This document shows positions 61,684 to 64,000 of a stretch of 64,000 nucleotides of DNA, in pieces. Origin of the DNA: Octopus vulgaris. Its lineage: Eukaryota. The notes below the pieces were generated by a model, which was not told the DNA's origin, made no database searches, and was given only the letters and a program-made list of their open reading frames with translations. Each line of letters opens with the position of its first letter. Position 1 is the first letter of the stretch. The stretch spans positions 74,896,001 to 74,960,000 of the forward strand of contig OX597822.1 in assembly GCA_951406725.2 (NCBI GenBank), written 5' to 3'. The position numbers and the translations under genes were made by a program.

Positions 61684-63179
61684 ATAATAATAATAAAAAT
61701 AAAATGCACTACAACAAATATTCTGCTCAATATCACATATTTGCTTGTCAGGTGTTTGACCTTAATCAGTTGAGCATGTCCTTTAGTGGCTGACGATATG
61801 TGCATTTCTGATCACGCGCAGGAGTTGTGCGGAGTTTCATAGCCATGTGTTGAGAGGAATTCTTTGGGGTTTGGATAATTCACCTTTGGAAACATGGGTG
61901 TTTCGTTCAACACCCCTAAACAAACCTTATTCAAGGACCTTTTCAGTGGGATAGGCTACTCAACCCGAAGAAAATTCTAACTGGATCCACCTGCAAGGTC
62001 ATACATTCTTTATCTTGATACGCGATCACCATGTCAGGCACATATGATTGTGATGCATATGTCTGGTGTACTCTTAATGAGACAGGTAGTCATGATGGGT
62101 ATACTGGGCTTCGCATATTTTACCCCAGTGTCACTTTGATGGCATGCACTGCTCTCTCACTCAATAAAAATGATAATCCTTTCTACTATAGGCACAAAAT
62201 CTGAAATTTGGGGAGGGGACTAGTTGATAACATTGACCTGTGTTTCACTGGTACTTAATTAATCGATCCTGAAAGGATGAAAGGCAAAGTTCAAATTCCT
62301 CGGCGGAATCTGAACTCAGAACGTAGTGGCAGACGAAATATCGCAAAGCATTTCGTCCAGCGTGCTAACGATACTTATTTTTTTATTGCCCACAAGGGGC
62401 TAAACATAGAGGGCACAAACTAGGAGAGACAAAGGGATTAAATCGATTACATCGACCCCAGTGCATAACTGGTACTTAATTTATCGACCCCGAAAGGATG
62501 AAAGGCAAAGTCGACCTCGGCGGAATTTGAACCCAGAACGTAACGGCAGACGAAATACGGCTACGTATTTCGCCCGGCGTGCTAACGATTCTGCCAGCTT
62601 GCAGCCTTCATAATAATCATAATAATGGTTTCGAATTTTGCCGCAAGGCAGTCATTTTGGAGGAGGGGACTAGTCGATCACATCGATACCCAGTGTTTCA
62701 TTGGTACTTAATTTATCGACCCAGAAAGGATGAAAGGCAAGGTCAACCTCGGCAGGATTTGAAAACAGAACGTAGCGACGGGCGAAATACCACTAAGCAT
62801 TTCTTCCAACGTGCTAACGATTCTGCCGGCTCGCTGCCTTGATGATGATAATAATAATAATATTTGCGAAAGGTTTGCCTTCTTGGTATGGCCAGAAGAA
62901 TGAGGAAAGTATTGGATAGTTGCAAAGTACAGATAGCATCATACCTTAGGCTGCAAGTAGGAAGACCTCTACGAACGGAAGACTCCAGGAGCTCCAACAA
63001 AAGCTAAGTTAAGAAAAAATAAATTGATCAATAAAAGAAAATGTACCGATTTCAGAAACAACCTAGTTAATACACGTCACAAATTAACAGACAAAAGCCA
63101 CGATGGTCAGAGTAGAAGCAGAAACACTTTCATAGTAAGAAGTAAATAACTCTACATACACGATAATATAAGTTAATTT

Positions 63180-63476
63180 TTTGGCTCAAAAAGCAAAAAG
63201 CAAGGCCATGTAGGGGGACATGGAGTTATGTATGGGTAGTGTTCATGCAAAGAGTTCATGCCATTTCTGGTCAAGAGAGACTTTGAACCGAGCGGTCGTC
63301 GGCATCTTCACTATCTCGTCCGGCAGCTTATTCCACGGATCCGCAACCCGGACGGAGAAAGCCCCTCTCCTTCGATTGAGATGAAATCGTCGCAGATAGA
63401 GCTTTTCGGAGTGACCCCGCAGCCGACGTTCTGGAGCAGGAGTGAAGAACAGCTCTTTCGAGAGGAAACAAGTTAA
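63180..63476 (-). mobile_element. CR1-type LINE 3' fragment
   Basis: Minus strand reads LRGHSEKL...AFSVRVADPWNKLPDEIV-----RFKVSLD, the CR1/L2 ORF2 C-terminal signature. Confidence 0.85.
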
Positions 63477-63489
63477 ATATACTCTCTGA

Positions 63490-64000
63490 AGATTAAACCA
63501 CTGCAGAACATGTTAATGAAGTTACCAACAACTTAACGGAAATAAATAATAATGGTGATATCAGGACAAATAGTGTGACAAAACTTGAAGAGCAAATAGT
63601 CGCTGAATGGAGCAAGGTCCAAAATGAAGGCATGAAGGAACGCAGCGACCTTCTTAAGATTTGCAATATATAAAAAAAAAATGCCAAAGGTTGAACACGA
63701 CTCTTAAATCCATCATAAACGAAAATGAACTAGATGTCACATCATTGAATAAATTACTCCAGGCTGCTGGTACAACCTGTACCAAAAGTATGGTGTAATA
63801 CTGAAAAAGGAAGTGGGAGGTTTTCGAAAAAGACCAACGTGGTAAGAAAAAGAAACAAACAAACCGAGGCTCTTCAAACTGATATAAAAATGCTTGCAAA
63901 CTTAAGCAGTAATCATAATATAAAAAGAGAAAGATGAGAAAATATGAATTAAAAAGCCTGAACATCAATTTTCTGAAGAAATGGAGAGTTTAAAAACAAA
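63490..64000 (+). mobile_element. Decayed N-terminal region of an R4/Dong-like LINE ORF, running off the window
   Basis: Broken + frames give ELDVTSLNKLLQAAG followed by a basic P-x-W segment, resembling R4-clade ORFs. Confidence 0.4.

Overview
AT-rich, repeat-dense eukaryotic DNA. The SINE, microsatellite and MITE content suggests an octopus or other coleoid cephalopod (inference). The window holds one protein-coding gene, which I rebuilt by hand from GT-AG splice sites and phases: 15 coding exons on the + strand (6454-46394; 1809 nt, 602 aa). It encodes a ferric-chelate reductase 1 (FRRS1/SDR2)-like protein with signal peptide, Reeler, DOMON, cytochrome b561 and C-terminal TM regions. The frame is intact, yet the redox ligands are selectively altered: the DOMON heme Met is Glu, and both His ligands of the cytoplasm-side b561 heme are replaced (Tyr, Cys) while the other His pair is kept. 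This points to a re-purposed or non-catalytic paralog. The rest is transposon-derived: several tRNA-SINE families, Tc1/mariner, hAT, piggyBac-like and Helitron non-autonomous elements, a decayed DDE transposase, and CR1, RTE and R4/Dong LINE fragments. Other notable items are a tRNA-headed SINE carrying a Penelope-type minimal hammerhead ribozyme with an inverted 5' tail copy, a six-copy CAGGTGT cluster upstream of the gene, a precise head-to-tail Helitron junction and several intronic fold-backs. Most ORFs in the six-frame track are spurious. All family comparisons are from memory, not from searches.
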